Of a DNA stretch of 64,000 nt, positions 35,598 to 47,594 are shown piece after piece. The position numbers were made by a program, and so were the translations under genes. Origin of the DNA: Phoronis australis (Eukaryota > Animalia > Phoronida); contig NMRA01000030.1 of NCBI GenBank assembly GCA_002633005.1, positions 631,630 through 695,629 on the forward strand. The letters are read 5' to 3'. Below the pieces are notes generated by a model. The model made no database searches and was not told where the DNA came from. It saw only the letters and a list, made by a program, of their open reading frames with translations. The stretch's first letter is position 1; each line of letters opens with the position of its first letter.

Positions 35598-37965
35598 TGA
35601 TGTGCTGTGGTTGTGTTGTGACAACAAGACACCATTAATTTGAATTCAGTTGACAGTCAGGCAATTATTTGAATGATTAGGGTAAAAATCACTTTTTAGG
35701 GGCTCCAAACTTATCAGAAAATTTCACATTGTATAACCTAGCATTAGATGTATTGCCTTGCTCATGGGAAAACCATGTTTTAGTCTTACAAACCACAGCA
35801 GAATCAGGCGTCTGCAAAAATAGGCTATCACTATGAGGCTATGAGAAGTGGACAAGAATCCACCTTGCTTCGAAACTCACAAAAGGTTTATTTTGATCTT
35901 ATTTAGCAAAAACAAAAATTACGGAAATTATGTTCCACAATTAAGCACCTATAAACAACTTCAGATAATGATTTGCGTCTTCTTTCTATTCCGATTTTGC
36001 ATTTTTGCCACAATTAAAGTTAGTTGTTATAAAACGCCTGGAGTTCTTGTGCTGCTTAGAGGGCTGAAACTAACCCACACCGACAGCCAGACTTCATGAG
36101 CCTGCGGTCCTGAGCAATAACCAACAATCAGTTCTTATTAAGTTAAGAAATCAGTTCTAGTCTTGAATAAGTAACGAGATGAGACTGATTTTATAACAGT
36201 AGATGTGAGCTGATGTTTTCTTGACAGCACGTATTTATTACACCTTTAATAATGCTAAGATTGTTCTGTTTGGTGGTTATAAAACAACACCTAAAATTTT
36301 ATTAGTTGTAGCGATGCAGCCAACCTCGGGGAAATCAAAAAAAACAGCAATTCTACAGAAACTTTACTGTGGAAAATAACAACAAATTGATGTTTTTTGA
36401 TCGAGAAGTGGTGTGTTGTATAGTCGCAGACTGCTAGAGTTACACATAGGCTGTCATATCTTCAAGTCATTTCTTAAGCACTTGTTATTGGTAAATATTG
36501 TTGCATTTTAGTGTCATCATTTGCATATTTTCAAAACATCCCCTGGAGGTTTGGTATTTGAGTTAAGATAGGTCAAATGTCATTTTATGATCAATTCTTA
36601 GTAAATAATACCTATACTGACCGTCTTAACCCCTTCATCAACCTCTTCTTATCTTGTTATAGAGGGCTTAAACATTTGCTGTGTTTAAATACTTCATGTT
36701 GATGTCTATGGGGGATTTACATCTGTGTTTTGTGCACGATTTTTGGAATAAGTGTTTTGTTTTTTTACTGTTCCGTAACCATTGTTGCTTGTCATAATCA
36801 TAAACCAGGTCTGATTTTTGGAAGTGCTTTCATAAAATATGTAATTTCCATGTCCTTGTTAAAATATTTGAATTTAGAGTTTGCGTCAGTCCTATTATTA
36901 AGTATTCCCAGAAATTCATTGGTTTTAATAGATGTGTCTAAGGAGAAAGATCCAATGATTGTCTTTGCGCTTCTATGAACCTGTCCCACTTCAAGAACTG
37001 TGGAATTTGCCAGCCACTAAATTTTGTGTTAATTATCATGTTCTAAAGTAACACTGATGATGGCTTAAATACTTTTTTTTACTGGCAAGTTCTACGATCA
37101 AAGATTTTATAGAAGTGTGATTTTCAGTAAAGTTTTGCCAACTTAGGACACAACATGGAAGACAATTTTATTTTCTGATTTTTCTCTAACGATGAGTACC
37201 AAATGAACATAATGCTTTGTCATTTTGTTGCTTGGTGACAGCTGGTTAGTTTCAGTTGGCAAGGTAGTTTGGTTGTCAAGAATTCCTGGCAAATTATTGT
37301 AACCAATTTCAATTTTAAGATAATATGAGGCTGCATATATGTCTATGAAAGTTGATGTTGTAATACCAAAACATTGTTATAGGAGCTTTAAACCAATATT
37401 TTAGTCTGAAATTGGTGAGATTTTAGTACTTATTTGGTTATCATGCTGTTAAAATACTGATCTTCATCTTAGCAAATCTGTAAGTATAAAATTGTATAAG
37501 TTTTTGCTGGTTGTCAGTTAAGGTGATAAGTATTTGGTGGCAAGAAATCTAATCTTTGATTATGGGTGTCATAAAGTGATAAGGAGTGGATAACTAGAGG
37601 TCAGATTCAGCTTTACCCCCTGGTAGACAAACCAAATTACTTAAGAGCAAGGTTGTGTACTTAGTGTTTAACATTGCGTCAAAAATCACACTGTTTACAT
37701 GTGATTGCATTATGAAGATAAACTTCAGGTACATTGGTTCTCATGATTGTCACTAGGTGTCCTGAGAGTAGTGCAACTTGCTTCAAAAGGAACCCGGCTT
37801 GTGCTTGGTCTATTTTTCACCTGCTTAAATTTGTTAGCTGTATTCTGGCAACGACTTTGCAGTGTAGTGTTTTGGTAATTTATTCCTTGTTGGAGTCGGT
37901 GGCTATCACAGGTAAATTTTAAATGTCCAGACAAGCGCGGTTATCAACACAACCAGTGGTGTAAG

Positions 37966-38047
37966 TGACGTCATTTCACCACTAACCAATCAGATTGTAT
38001 TTTGGTATATAATAGGACAAGGTTGTCATTCAGACGGGCAGTATAAG
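37966..38047 (+). promoter_or_regulatory. Putative RhoU/V core promoter (CRE + CCAAT + TATA) and short non-coding first exon
   Basis: TGACGTCA 37966-37973, CCAAT 37986-37990, TATATAA 38006-38012; donor AAG|gtaggt at 38047/38048; acceptor ttgccttgcag| ending 38295 just before the ATG. Confidence 0.6.
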
Positions 38048-38324
38048 GTAGGTGTCGGGGTGCGGCAGCGACAGCGCGAACAAGCCTGTTACCGCATCAT
38101 TACCAAAGTACTCGTGTCATTGCAGTCAACAGGAAAAAGAATTGGAAGACGTTTTGCAACTTGATTGGAACTTAACGCGTATCGAACTCAGTGTTGAATG
38201 AAATTGCAAATGGAGGTGTGAGAAAAAACACGTGTGGCGACTGTGTTGAATGTAGGAACTCGTTCATATTAAGTGCTAAATAATTTGCCTTGCAGCCAAG
38301 CAAGAGTTGACCAGCCTCTATAAA

Positions 38325-38517
38325 ATGCCACCCCAGGCATCGAATTGCATGGATCACAGTTTTACGTTTCCGGAGGCTATGCCTCAACCGGCTGGGACCA
38401 AAGTAAAATGTGTGTTGGTTGGAGATGGAGCAGTTGGAAAAACTAGTCTTGTCGTCAGCTACACAACAAATGGATATCCCACAGAATACGTACCGACGGC
38501 GTTTGATAACTATTCAG
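38325..38517 (+). CDS. RHOU: RhoU/V coding exon 1 (P-loop, switch I)
   Basis: ATG at 38325; donor G|gtaatt. Confidence 0.95.
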
Positions 38518-41500
38518 GTAATTTAGTGCAATAGCTCTTAGAAATAACCGGACTAGGATGGAACTTCAGAGCCTTCAATTATGTGCTTTGAATCGTACCA
38601 TTCTGTTCCTTGTAGGCATACACCCTGACTCGGGCATACAACACTCAACTCAATCCTAATTTACATGCCCAGGCCTAGGCCTAATAATTTTTGTATACTA
38701 AAGCATGCGCATCCAGCCTAAAAGATGGGCGGGCTCGAATTTTTGAGAATGTGGACCTTTTACTAAAAAACGATATGTTTAGTGGCAATTAGTGCTATGA
38801 ATTGTGGATTCGCTGAACTTAAGTAGTTCCTGCCTTTTTATGGACCTTTGTTTTCCATTTTTTCGGACTTTTTGTTTCTCTGAGGTAGACCTTTTTGCCC
38901 ACTTCGCCAAACGGGGGGCTCATTCGAGCCCCTCTGGGTGCGCGCATATTAGAGGTATTGAAATAAGCCTGTAGGCCTACCTTATACCGCCTTGTCTTGT
39001 TTTACATGCCCCAGTGATTGTTTTTATTAACTTTATGAATCATGTTCGCTGGTTGATTTAAAGATGCATTTGCATGCTCCTAACTATGCTTATGTATAAC
39101 AGGAACTAAACGGCAATGCTAAATTTGAATATCTTCTGCGCTAAACAAAGTGTAGTTGTATACATCGACGACTTGTAAATGTGAAAAAAATTCTGCAAAT
39201 AGGTGACCTTTGCACTAATTAATTTGACCTTGCAATCACAGAGATAGAGAATTAGCATGCAAGTTCCACTTTAATGTAAGGATGGTTGTGAAATTGGCTG
39301 TGGATTGTCTAGGCCTACTAATTTTTCATGTGCACTAATTTACTAGAAGTTAAGTGGAAACTCTTATTTGTTCCCGATTGAAGATAATACTGTGCTTTAG
39401 CGATATAAAATTATTCCTAAAGTCAAACCTACTGCACGTAAATAGTGCTAACTTTCCAAGTAATTGTGGGCTGTAATAGGAAGATATATCCCAACTGTTG
39501 ACTACCAGCACTGTTTATCTGTAGTCCTTTCATCCACACTAGGACATGACTGTCACTTGGTGAGAAATTGGTTAAGATATAACACAAATTATATTTATTC
39601 ATGACTGTAGATAATTTTTTAGTAATTTCTGAAGAAAAGCTGAAGAAGTAATTATTAGTATGTGGGGTACAGTCTAGTGCATTTGGTTGTTCTTAAATAG
39701 GACTTGTCAGTTGTTGACTGCTTGTTGACAAATTGGCCACCTCCTAAGGTGTCTCATATATGTGCTGTACTCAATGTATGTTATTACAGGCTGAATAAAA
39801 TCTAAGATCCCAACTCTGATAGTACACAGTGAAGCCCCCCTCCCATGAAATTAACTCTTAAAGTTCTGGGTAACAGTCAACTATGACTATGCTTTACTGT
39901 TTGTGTTCCATTGTGGGGTGTGTTTTTACTTCATTCTAGTTGGTGTTTATTTGTTGATTTCAGTGCTTGTGACTGTGGACAACAGACCTATTCGTCTACA
40001 ACTGTGCGACACAGCAGGCCAGGTAAGACATCAGGGAACACCTTTATTGTGCCAAGCTCTGTGTGTGGTAGGGCCCCTCAATATAATGCACATCTATTGA
40101 CTATGGACCAAATGTAAACAGACTGTGTGATCAACTTCCCACAGTGCCCAGGTCCCTAAGTGTGTGAATTTTGTTGGTGATATAACCAGCATTGATCAGT
40201 CACCAAGCAGTGCATTCAAACTTACCAGACGCTTTGTGTATGACTGTTTAAAATTTACCCATGTCTCAATGGGCACAGTTTTACACTTATCATTGGTCAA
40301 TTGTAGGGCGGCTTGATTGGTCTGGACAGTTTGTGATAGGCTGTTTAATATATTATCGCATCTTATGACACCGTTGTTGACGTAACTTAGTAGATTTGCC
40401 CCTAATATCTGGGCTTTAAAACACCACTATGATCAGATAACCCTTTGATATGTGCATTTATTATGGGTAATGTGTGTCAAATTTCAAAAAATGGCTGATA
40501 AGCTCAAAATAACGGTTTTGACTTACAGATACACCAATAGTTAGTGTGTATAGAAACTGCTTATTCATGTTTTGTCTAACCTTTTCTGATCTGTAAACGG
40601 CTTATTTCTGGTTTGATTTCTTGAGCTTTGGTTGTAAAATTATTATTTTCTCAACAAACCCATCTTCAGAAATGCCATGCGATGAGTAAACATGAAAACC
40701 AAATAAACTAGCTCTGCGCACATCGGTGATTCTTTTGATCTCCAAGGTCAACAACTTTGAATTGGATGTTCTATTCATTGATAAATACAGACCGGTACAC
40801 TAAACTGTCCCTTGGATGACGTTCTCCACCCTTCCATTTATGAATGGTTACAGTCCATTAAATTTTTATGTTTCTAGTACTCTGCATACCTAGCCATGGT
40901 TTACAAGAATTACTCAACTGAGCATTTATGTTGGGTAGATACAGACTTTGTAGTAAATGGCTGCCCATTCTTGCCTTTTGTGTTTTGTGTCTGGGTTGAG
41001 ATGAAGAGTTTACTTTTGGCAGATTTTGTATTATGTGCCCCTTCTGAGCTGTCAACTTTGACTCACATTCTGTGGGAAAGTTTGCTTGCAAGGGTGAACT
41101 TTCCAAGTATGATTCATTTGACATTTTGATGGCACTTGTTCAAGGCCAGCTGTTAGATCTGACTGGTAAAATTTGCTAAATGCTAAAACCTTCTTGGTTT
41201 CTGTGCATTGAGTATAATCCATAGTTGTCTCTTCATAACTACTCCACGGAAGGTTAATTTCTCTTGAATCCAAAGACTTCAGCATTAAATGCAATTGCTA
41301 ATCACGGAATATGGGTTGAAGTCTTTCTCTGCCAATTTCTGTCATTGATTTTGGTGTTTATCTTTGATAACTGTTCAGTTTTCAACTGTAAATATTTTTT
41401 GCAATATAGTTTCCTTGCTTTAATCTGCATGACTGTATTAATTAAAGCCAACCTGTTGATATTCTGCTTGCTGGCTGGCTACTGTCTAACACACGGGTGA

Positions 41501-44500
41501 GAAACAACATGACCGCCGGTCCTCTAAACAGGACCTCCGGGGATCAAATGGGACCGCCGCACCAGAAAATGGGACTGACGCACCCAAAAACATGACCGCC
41601 CCACCACAAAACAGGACCGCCGGGGACTAAAACCGCAACAACTAACAGGCTAAGATTTATTACCGTTAGGCCTACACAGATCATACAATGGGGCTATATA
41701 CGTATGCATATGCAGGTCTTGTGCCGATTAATCCACCGAAATCTTTTGTGAGCAACAAAGGACACTTCGCTTTGTAATACGCGGCGCTTTTGAGTTTTAC
41801 TCATCACCAGGCTCCCGGCTGCGGTATGTGACTTATAAACAGTTGAAAGGTCAACATTTAATAAATCTAACACAAAACAACCTCGTTGTACGCTTTTGAG
41901 CTAAATAATTATAATTTTATCCACTGCATAAGTTTTAGAACAAAATGAAAATCATTTTCTCCAATTTGACGTTTAAAGTTAGTCAAGTAAAAAAACGGAC
42001 GTTCTGGTTCTCGGGTGAAGCATCATCATACTAGCTGCCTTTGTGCGGCAAAGCTGTACATTAAATGTACAGCTTTGCGCCGATGTGGGTAAAAAACTGA
42101 ACATGTAAAATCTTTACCCGGCGAATTTTTTTTAACGACACTCTTCCTTGAGTAAACTAAATTATTTCATCGGCGCTCGAGAGAAATTGTCGTTCTGTCG
42201 TTATTCTGCGTTCTCTTAAGTCGGCTTACATTGGCCGGTTCCTTTTCCCCCGATTCTTCAGTCAACTGTCCTTCTACAAGGTTGCGTACCTGGCACAACA
42301 AATTATCGAAACTGGTTTCATTTCGTTATAAGTTTTCAGTACTTTAATACCAGCAAACCGAATTTCATAACAAACCTTGTTGCCGCCAAGTTGTCATCAT
42401 CTTTCGAAAGATGTCTCAAAATTTTTCTGAGGAAATGGCGCGTGCACATGTCACTTATTATTACAACAGTTCATTAGATTGTTTTTCACTCAAGCGGTTG
42501 CAAACTGCAAGGTGAGTGTTGGTTGACGCCTAGATTTTGCATGCGCCTGCATCGGTCGCGCGCTCTACTACATGTTGATGTAAGTTCCACGACGAGGTGA
42601 CGAGCAGAACTACCCGGGCTGTGGGCAATGTCGGGGATGTAACGGAGCTCAATAACGCAAGGCTGTCAAGCTTTATTTTGGCGATAGTCTTTACACAGCT
42701 ATCTGACCGGTTACGTCATAACCCGCAGTATCACACAAAGGCCTTAACTACTCAGTCCCCGGCGGTCCTGTTTTGTGGTGGGGCGGTCATGTTTTTGGGT
42801 GCGTCAGTCCCATTTTCTGGTGCGGCGGTCCCATTTGATCCCCGGAGGTCCTGTTTAGAGGACCGGCGGTCATGTTGTTTCTCACCCGTGTAACAGGCAG
42901 GCTGTGGTTAATAGGTTAGATCAGTCAGGTCTCCTTCACTGATGGTTATCCTAGGCACCTGGGTGATTGGCACCATGTGTTACCAGTTTATATGTAGCCA
43001 GTTATTTGTAGTCCTAATGAAATCAAATTAAATCAACCACTTGCACCAATTTTCTAGGCATAGTTGAAATATTTGCCTAATTCATTTCCAACTTTGCACT
43101 TAAAGTTAAGGCTCAACATATTTCTTTTGTCCTCAAACTAACATTCAGTCTCCTCCACACCATCATTTGATTTATGTCATAACGAGTTTTGATTAATCAT
43201 TTTGGAGTCATTAGTTTGATAGATATGTGCTGAGTTTGAAGTCTAAAATTTGTAATTTTTTCAGCTTAACATGAAATGTTTGTCACTGGTTGAGGTTTCT
43301 GATTATATACAAAACTCTAACAATATGGACATAACATTTGAACATGTAATTCATGAATTTTTGCAACTCGCTTAAAGTTCGACATTGTAGAACTTCAACC
43401 TGGTTATTGCTGTCTGTTGAAATAAAATATTGGTTGGCAATTGGACTTGCAAATATATATTAGTCTTTGTTTTGTTCTGATCTGCAGTATGGTAAACAAT
43501 ATGCATTGTTCGTGTTACAGTCAGTCAAATTTTCTCCATTTCCAGAACTACCTGCCAGTTCTATGACTACACCATTAATATCAGTGTTGTGAGTGCCCTC
43601 ACTTTCCAATGCATCTATTTTTCGCCAGCTGATCATTAATTTCCGGCCCTGCTTTGTTGGTTGCTTGTGAAGTTCATTCTTCTCTCTGTGTGGCTATCAT
43701 AACTAATTGATCATATTTCAGCGCCTAGACTGTGTGTCCTCCACTCAACATATGTACCCACATTGTCTGTTGTTTTCACCTGCGGCCATTGCCTACCTGA
43801 GATGTGAACACGGATGAGTCATCCATCTCTGTCTCTGGCCAGTCCTGGATGACTTGTTTGTGTCTGTGAACTCCCTCTGACCCGATTACTGCACAACCAA
43901 AAGTCACCTACACAACTAACTATTATCCAATGCAGTCTATTTTTGGCCAGTCTCCAATCTCATTTCTGAATTAGTTGGATGATGTTTGTGGCTGGCGTGA
44001 GTAATTTTATGTCTCTCCATATCTAAATTACTAAAAGTATAATGCGCTAAAGTTGGTGAAAGCCAAGGTGTTACTGTCATTCCATTCAACGCAGTGGTGA
44101 GTAAGCAGTGTCAACCTGGTGCTACTGTGTATAATGAGGGCCACTGGCACCCATTCATATGTTGGAATCACCTGATGATTACAGGGCCCGACAGTCCTAC
44201 CAGTGTGCCTACAGTTGCCCTTATGCAACTCTTACAGTCATCTCCATTCATGTCCACTTGTACACACCAACCTTTCCACCTCTCCCTTTAGTTCATTCTA
44301 TATGAAAGAAGTCCCAAATGTTTGCCTAGAGCAGTCTTCAAATGCTTCAAGGTATGTGGCCAATTTTAGTAGTCTGTAACCAGTTGAAGCTTTAGAAATG
44401 GGTTGTCTTTGTCGGCAGGTGATTTGATGACAATGTGGTTCATTTTGATTCATCTTCAAGGTTTTATTACCACTATTACTCTTGTCTTCTGCTCATTTGT

Positions 44501-47500
44501 ACTGGGTGACATATGAGGACTTTATAAAAACCTGGACTTGGTATCTGACTGTAACATTGTTAGCCAAGGTATCAGGTAAAGTGTTGTCACCTCTGTATCT
44601 ATTGTTGTGGCTCAGTAATACTTAGGGTCAGGTGGGGGATTTGTGGTCTGTGGTTGTCTGGTGAATTTTGTAGAGGTATGTGCCTTTTGGAAGAATATTC
44701 AAAGTACTTCAGTCAACCATTAGGTGTTATAGGAGTGCAAGCTACATTGTTTTGGGTTTCAGTGACTCATTGGGGTGTTACCCCCTCTAGTAATGTTGCT
44801 AAGCCAGGGTGTAGGCCTCTGCCCTTTTGTTCAGCTGTGTTTTGGTAATTAAACCTGCCTCATTCATGTCATTCTGCCTGCTGTTGACACAAACCTGACC
44901 AGTCCACCCTGACCAACCAAAACCTGTCAATGGGATCTTCATGTTTGGTCAGGGCTGTCTAAATATTGCCCCATAATAGCCCATGTGTGTTGAGGGATTA
45001 CAGGCCAGCACTTTGGTGAAGTTATGGTGTTACACGCACACACACGGAGTGTAACAGTGCATTTGCTGTGGGAAATCATTAAAAATGACAGTGTTTCGAA
45101 AGTAGTTCTGTACAAAACGATCATACTTTCTGAAAAATTGCTTGATAGTTTCACCATTAAATTACACTGTACTTCCCCTAGTCAGTGACAAAATCTTCTG
45201 CACTTGTCCAGGTTAACACCTACCCCAGGAAATGTCTAAATTTTCGCTTTTAATGCTCATACTCGGTCTATCGGTCACCTCCAGTTTATATATTCAGATG
45301 TCTTTAAAAGTGACAGTGTCGTTCTGAATACCCAAAGCGTACACAACTCACTCGGCCTACGTTTGAACAACCACAAATCCATATTTGAGTTTGAAAATAT
45401 TGACTTTTTATGGAAGGACCTATGGGTAATGCTCTATGCGTACTGCACTATGGGTACTGCTCCAGGACTGACTGCTCTAGGACTGACTGCTCTAGGACTG
45501 ACTGCTCTAGGACTGACTGCTCTAGGACTGACTGCTCTGTGGGTACTGACCTATGGGTACTGCTCTGTATGAGACTGACTGCTCTATGGGTAAAATATCC
45601 ATGCCTAAGGTGGACCTCAACATGTACTTAAATTTTCATGTGATTATTCATGTCTGTGCAACATACAAGCAGATGTCCATCCACATTGGGACTGTTACTG
45701 CTTGCCACAATAGTTCTGGTCAAATCAGCTGCAAGTGAATGTAGTGATGTCACTGTCAATACATTGAAATTGTAAGCTGAAGTATTTCCCAGGGTCCTTA
45801 TTGATTTTAAGCCTCTGATTGCAATTTTCTCATTAAGCATGAAGTTGATAGACTCATTCCTAAATGTAATTCAAGGACCAATATGATCACATAAACGCTG
45901 CATGATCCAAGCTATGTCAATCATTTTCACACTGTCTACTACTCTTTTTTCATCTCATAGATTTATGATAATTTGGTGGAATTCCTCCGGGGTCTGTATG
46001 TCTTCTGTCTTTTTCAAAGGTTGGCAGTTGAATTAATAATCTCATTGTAAAGGCTTGAAATGTGTAGCTTTGGTGGGTTTTGTGTTCCTCTCATATATAT
46101 TACTGTTGAAGAAGTTATGGTGTCAGTAAGATTGCGTTTCCTGTCTGTGTGTGTAAGGAGGCACACCTGAAGTAGGTAGCACTCTTATGCAATGACTCTA
46201 GACTTTTCCATAGATTTGTCAATCAAAATTCATAAAACTAACCTATTTGGCACTGCCATTGTTGTATAATGAGCCAAGTAGTGGAACTTGATGAATGGCT
46301 AAGCTATTGGTGGCTGTTGAACTTGCCTTATTAGCTAGTTCATGAGGTAATGAAATCTCCAGCATGAATGAAGGCCTAGATTAAGAGAGCATTATTTTCA
46401 CAAGAGTCTTTTGTGTTGTTTGGTTCAAGAAGGAGTTTCCATTCTTCAGCAGCTCACTGCTGTTAACCCCCCTTTGGAGTTCAGTCTCAGCCTTGATTAG
46501 TGGTCCTTTCCATTTAGCTGTCCACAGTTGTCAAGGCTTTGGCTGCTCTACCATTTGAGTGCACTATGTTTTCTGATACTTCTTTATCTGCATAAAAAGT
46601 TTAATTGAGCCTATGAAAATAATTTATTAAGCAAGGTCTGTAAAAATCAGGGGTACTAGTTAGTCGCTTGAACAGGCACAAAGTGTACAGTACTGTTTCT
46701 GACGCCAAACCTAAGTATTGACCAGTTTCTTTTCATTTATGTTATAGGTCACTCAACACAAATTGCAATGTATCTCGTTTTTGTAGCCCTGTTCAACATT
46801 AGTCTGAACATTTCAGCGATGGTGGGTTATCAGCGTTTTATGGTTAAGAAACACAACATTCAGTGTGATAGTATTATTATGCGCCCACATATTTATATGT
46901 GGACGCATTATTTGTAATATCGTGATTTGTAGAAGTTGATCAGTTGCTTATTTTTTCAAAGGGTATCGTATGTAATTGAAAATGACTTCAAAGAGTCTTT
47001 TGGGTGTTAACTGAAGTGTTTCACTTGATGGAGTGTGGGAGGGTCAGAGTTGTGACCTCTAATTGGTGTTTTGATTATTGTCTCCTCTTCTTTCAGGATG
47101 ATTTCGACACGTTGCGCCCCTTATGTTACCCCAGCACAGATGTATTCCTGCTGTGTTTTAGTGTTGTCTCACCAACGTCATTCCACAACATTGCGGAGAA
47201 GTGGATCCATGAGATACGCACAAATGCGCCAAAGACTCCCATAATCCTTGTAGGAACACAGAGCGACTTGCGCAATGATGTTAGAGTGTTAATAGAACTC
47301 GCCAATTATAATGAGCGGCCTGTGACCGAAGCTGAGGCCAAGACATTAGCGGATGACATCGGCGCCATCATGTATATGGAGTGTTCTGCATTGACTCAGA
47401 AAAACTTGAAAACAGTTTTTGACTCTGCCATTGTGTCGGCCCTGGGACTAAACAAACAGCTCAAACGTTCCAAGAGTCGAAAAAGCTTCCGCAAGACGAG

Positions 47501-47594
47501 TAAGAAGTACGAATCTAGTGATAAGCGGACAGTGTCACGAGATAGTGCTGCAATTGTCAAGAATGGTTGGAAGCGGTTTTGTTGTTTCTTCTAA
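38325..47594 (+). CDS. RHOU: Rho-family GTPase RhoU/RhoV (Wrch1/Chp-like), 3 coding exons, 249 aa
   Basis: Exons 38325-38517, 39964-40022, 47097-47594 (750 nt). MPPQ start, [45 protein letters not shown] (RhoU/V-type G4), [11 protein letters not shown] and basic tail ending WKRFCCFF* are RhoU/V hallmarks. Confidence 0.95.
38704..38946. mobile_element. hAT-like MITE in RhoU intron 1
   Basis: Ends CATGCGCATCCAG / CTGGGTGCGCGCA; imperfect 8-bp TSD TACTAAAG / TATTAGAG (6/8). Confidence 0.55.
39964..40022 (+). CDS. RHOU: RhoU/V coding exon 2 ([20 protein letters not shown])
   Basis: Acceptor gatttcag|, donor CAG|gtaaga. Confidence 0.96.
41492..42890. mobile_element. Non-autonomous TIR DNA transposon, Transib/RAG-like termini (1,399 bp)
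   Basis: Identical 137-bp TIRs (41492-41628 / 42754-42890) starting CACGGGTGAGAAACAACATGACC; 5-bp direct repeat TAACA at 41487-41491 and 42891-42895; CpG-rich interior with no transposase ORF. Element status is clear, superfamily is inferred. Confidence 0.9.
45417..45592. repeat. 15-bp tandem repeat ACTGACTGCTCTAGG and related units
   Basis: Directly visible; source of the TALGL/RTDCS ORFs. Confidence 0.9.
47097..47594 (+). CDS. RHOU: RhoU/V terminal coding exon ([12 protein letters not shown]...WKRFCCFF*)
   Basis: Acceptor ctcttctttcag|; lies within ORF 47004..47594. Confidence 0.97.
   Translation, partial: DDFDTLRPLCYPSTDVFLLCFSVVSPTSFHNIAEKWIHEIRTNAPKTPIILVGTQSDLRNDVRVLIELANYNERPVTEAEAKTLADDIGAIMYMECSALTQKNLKTVFDSAIVSALGLNKQLKRSKSRKSFRKTSKKYESSDKRTVSRDSAAIVKNGWKRFCCFF

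Noticed and set aside
24816-37934. Many 60-90 aa ORFs between ABHD12 and RhoU
   Set aside because: Mostly non-ATG starts, AT-biased composition, no motifs and no phase-consistent splice chains.
42597-42893. 98-aa ORF at the right end of the TIR element as a transposase
   Set aside because: Half of it is the GC-rich TIR itself; GTG start; no DDE or RAG motifs.
45363-45631. TALGL / RTDCS repeat ORFs
   Set aside because: Products of a 15-bp tandem repeat in RhoU intron 2.
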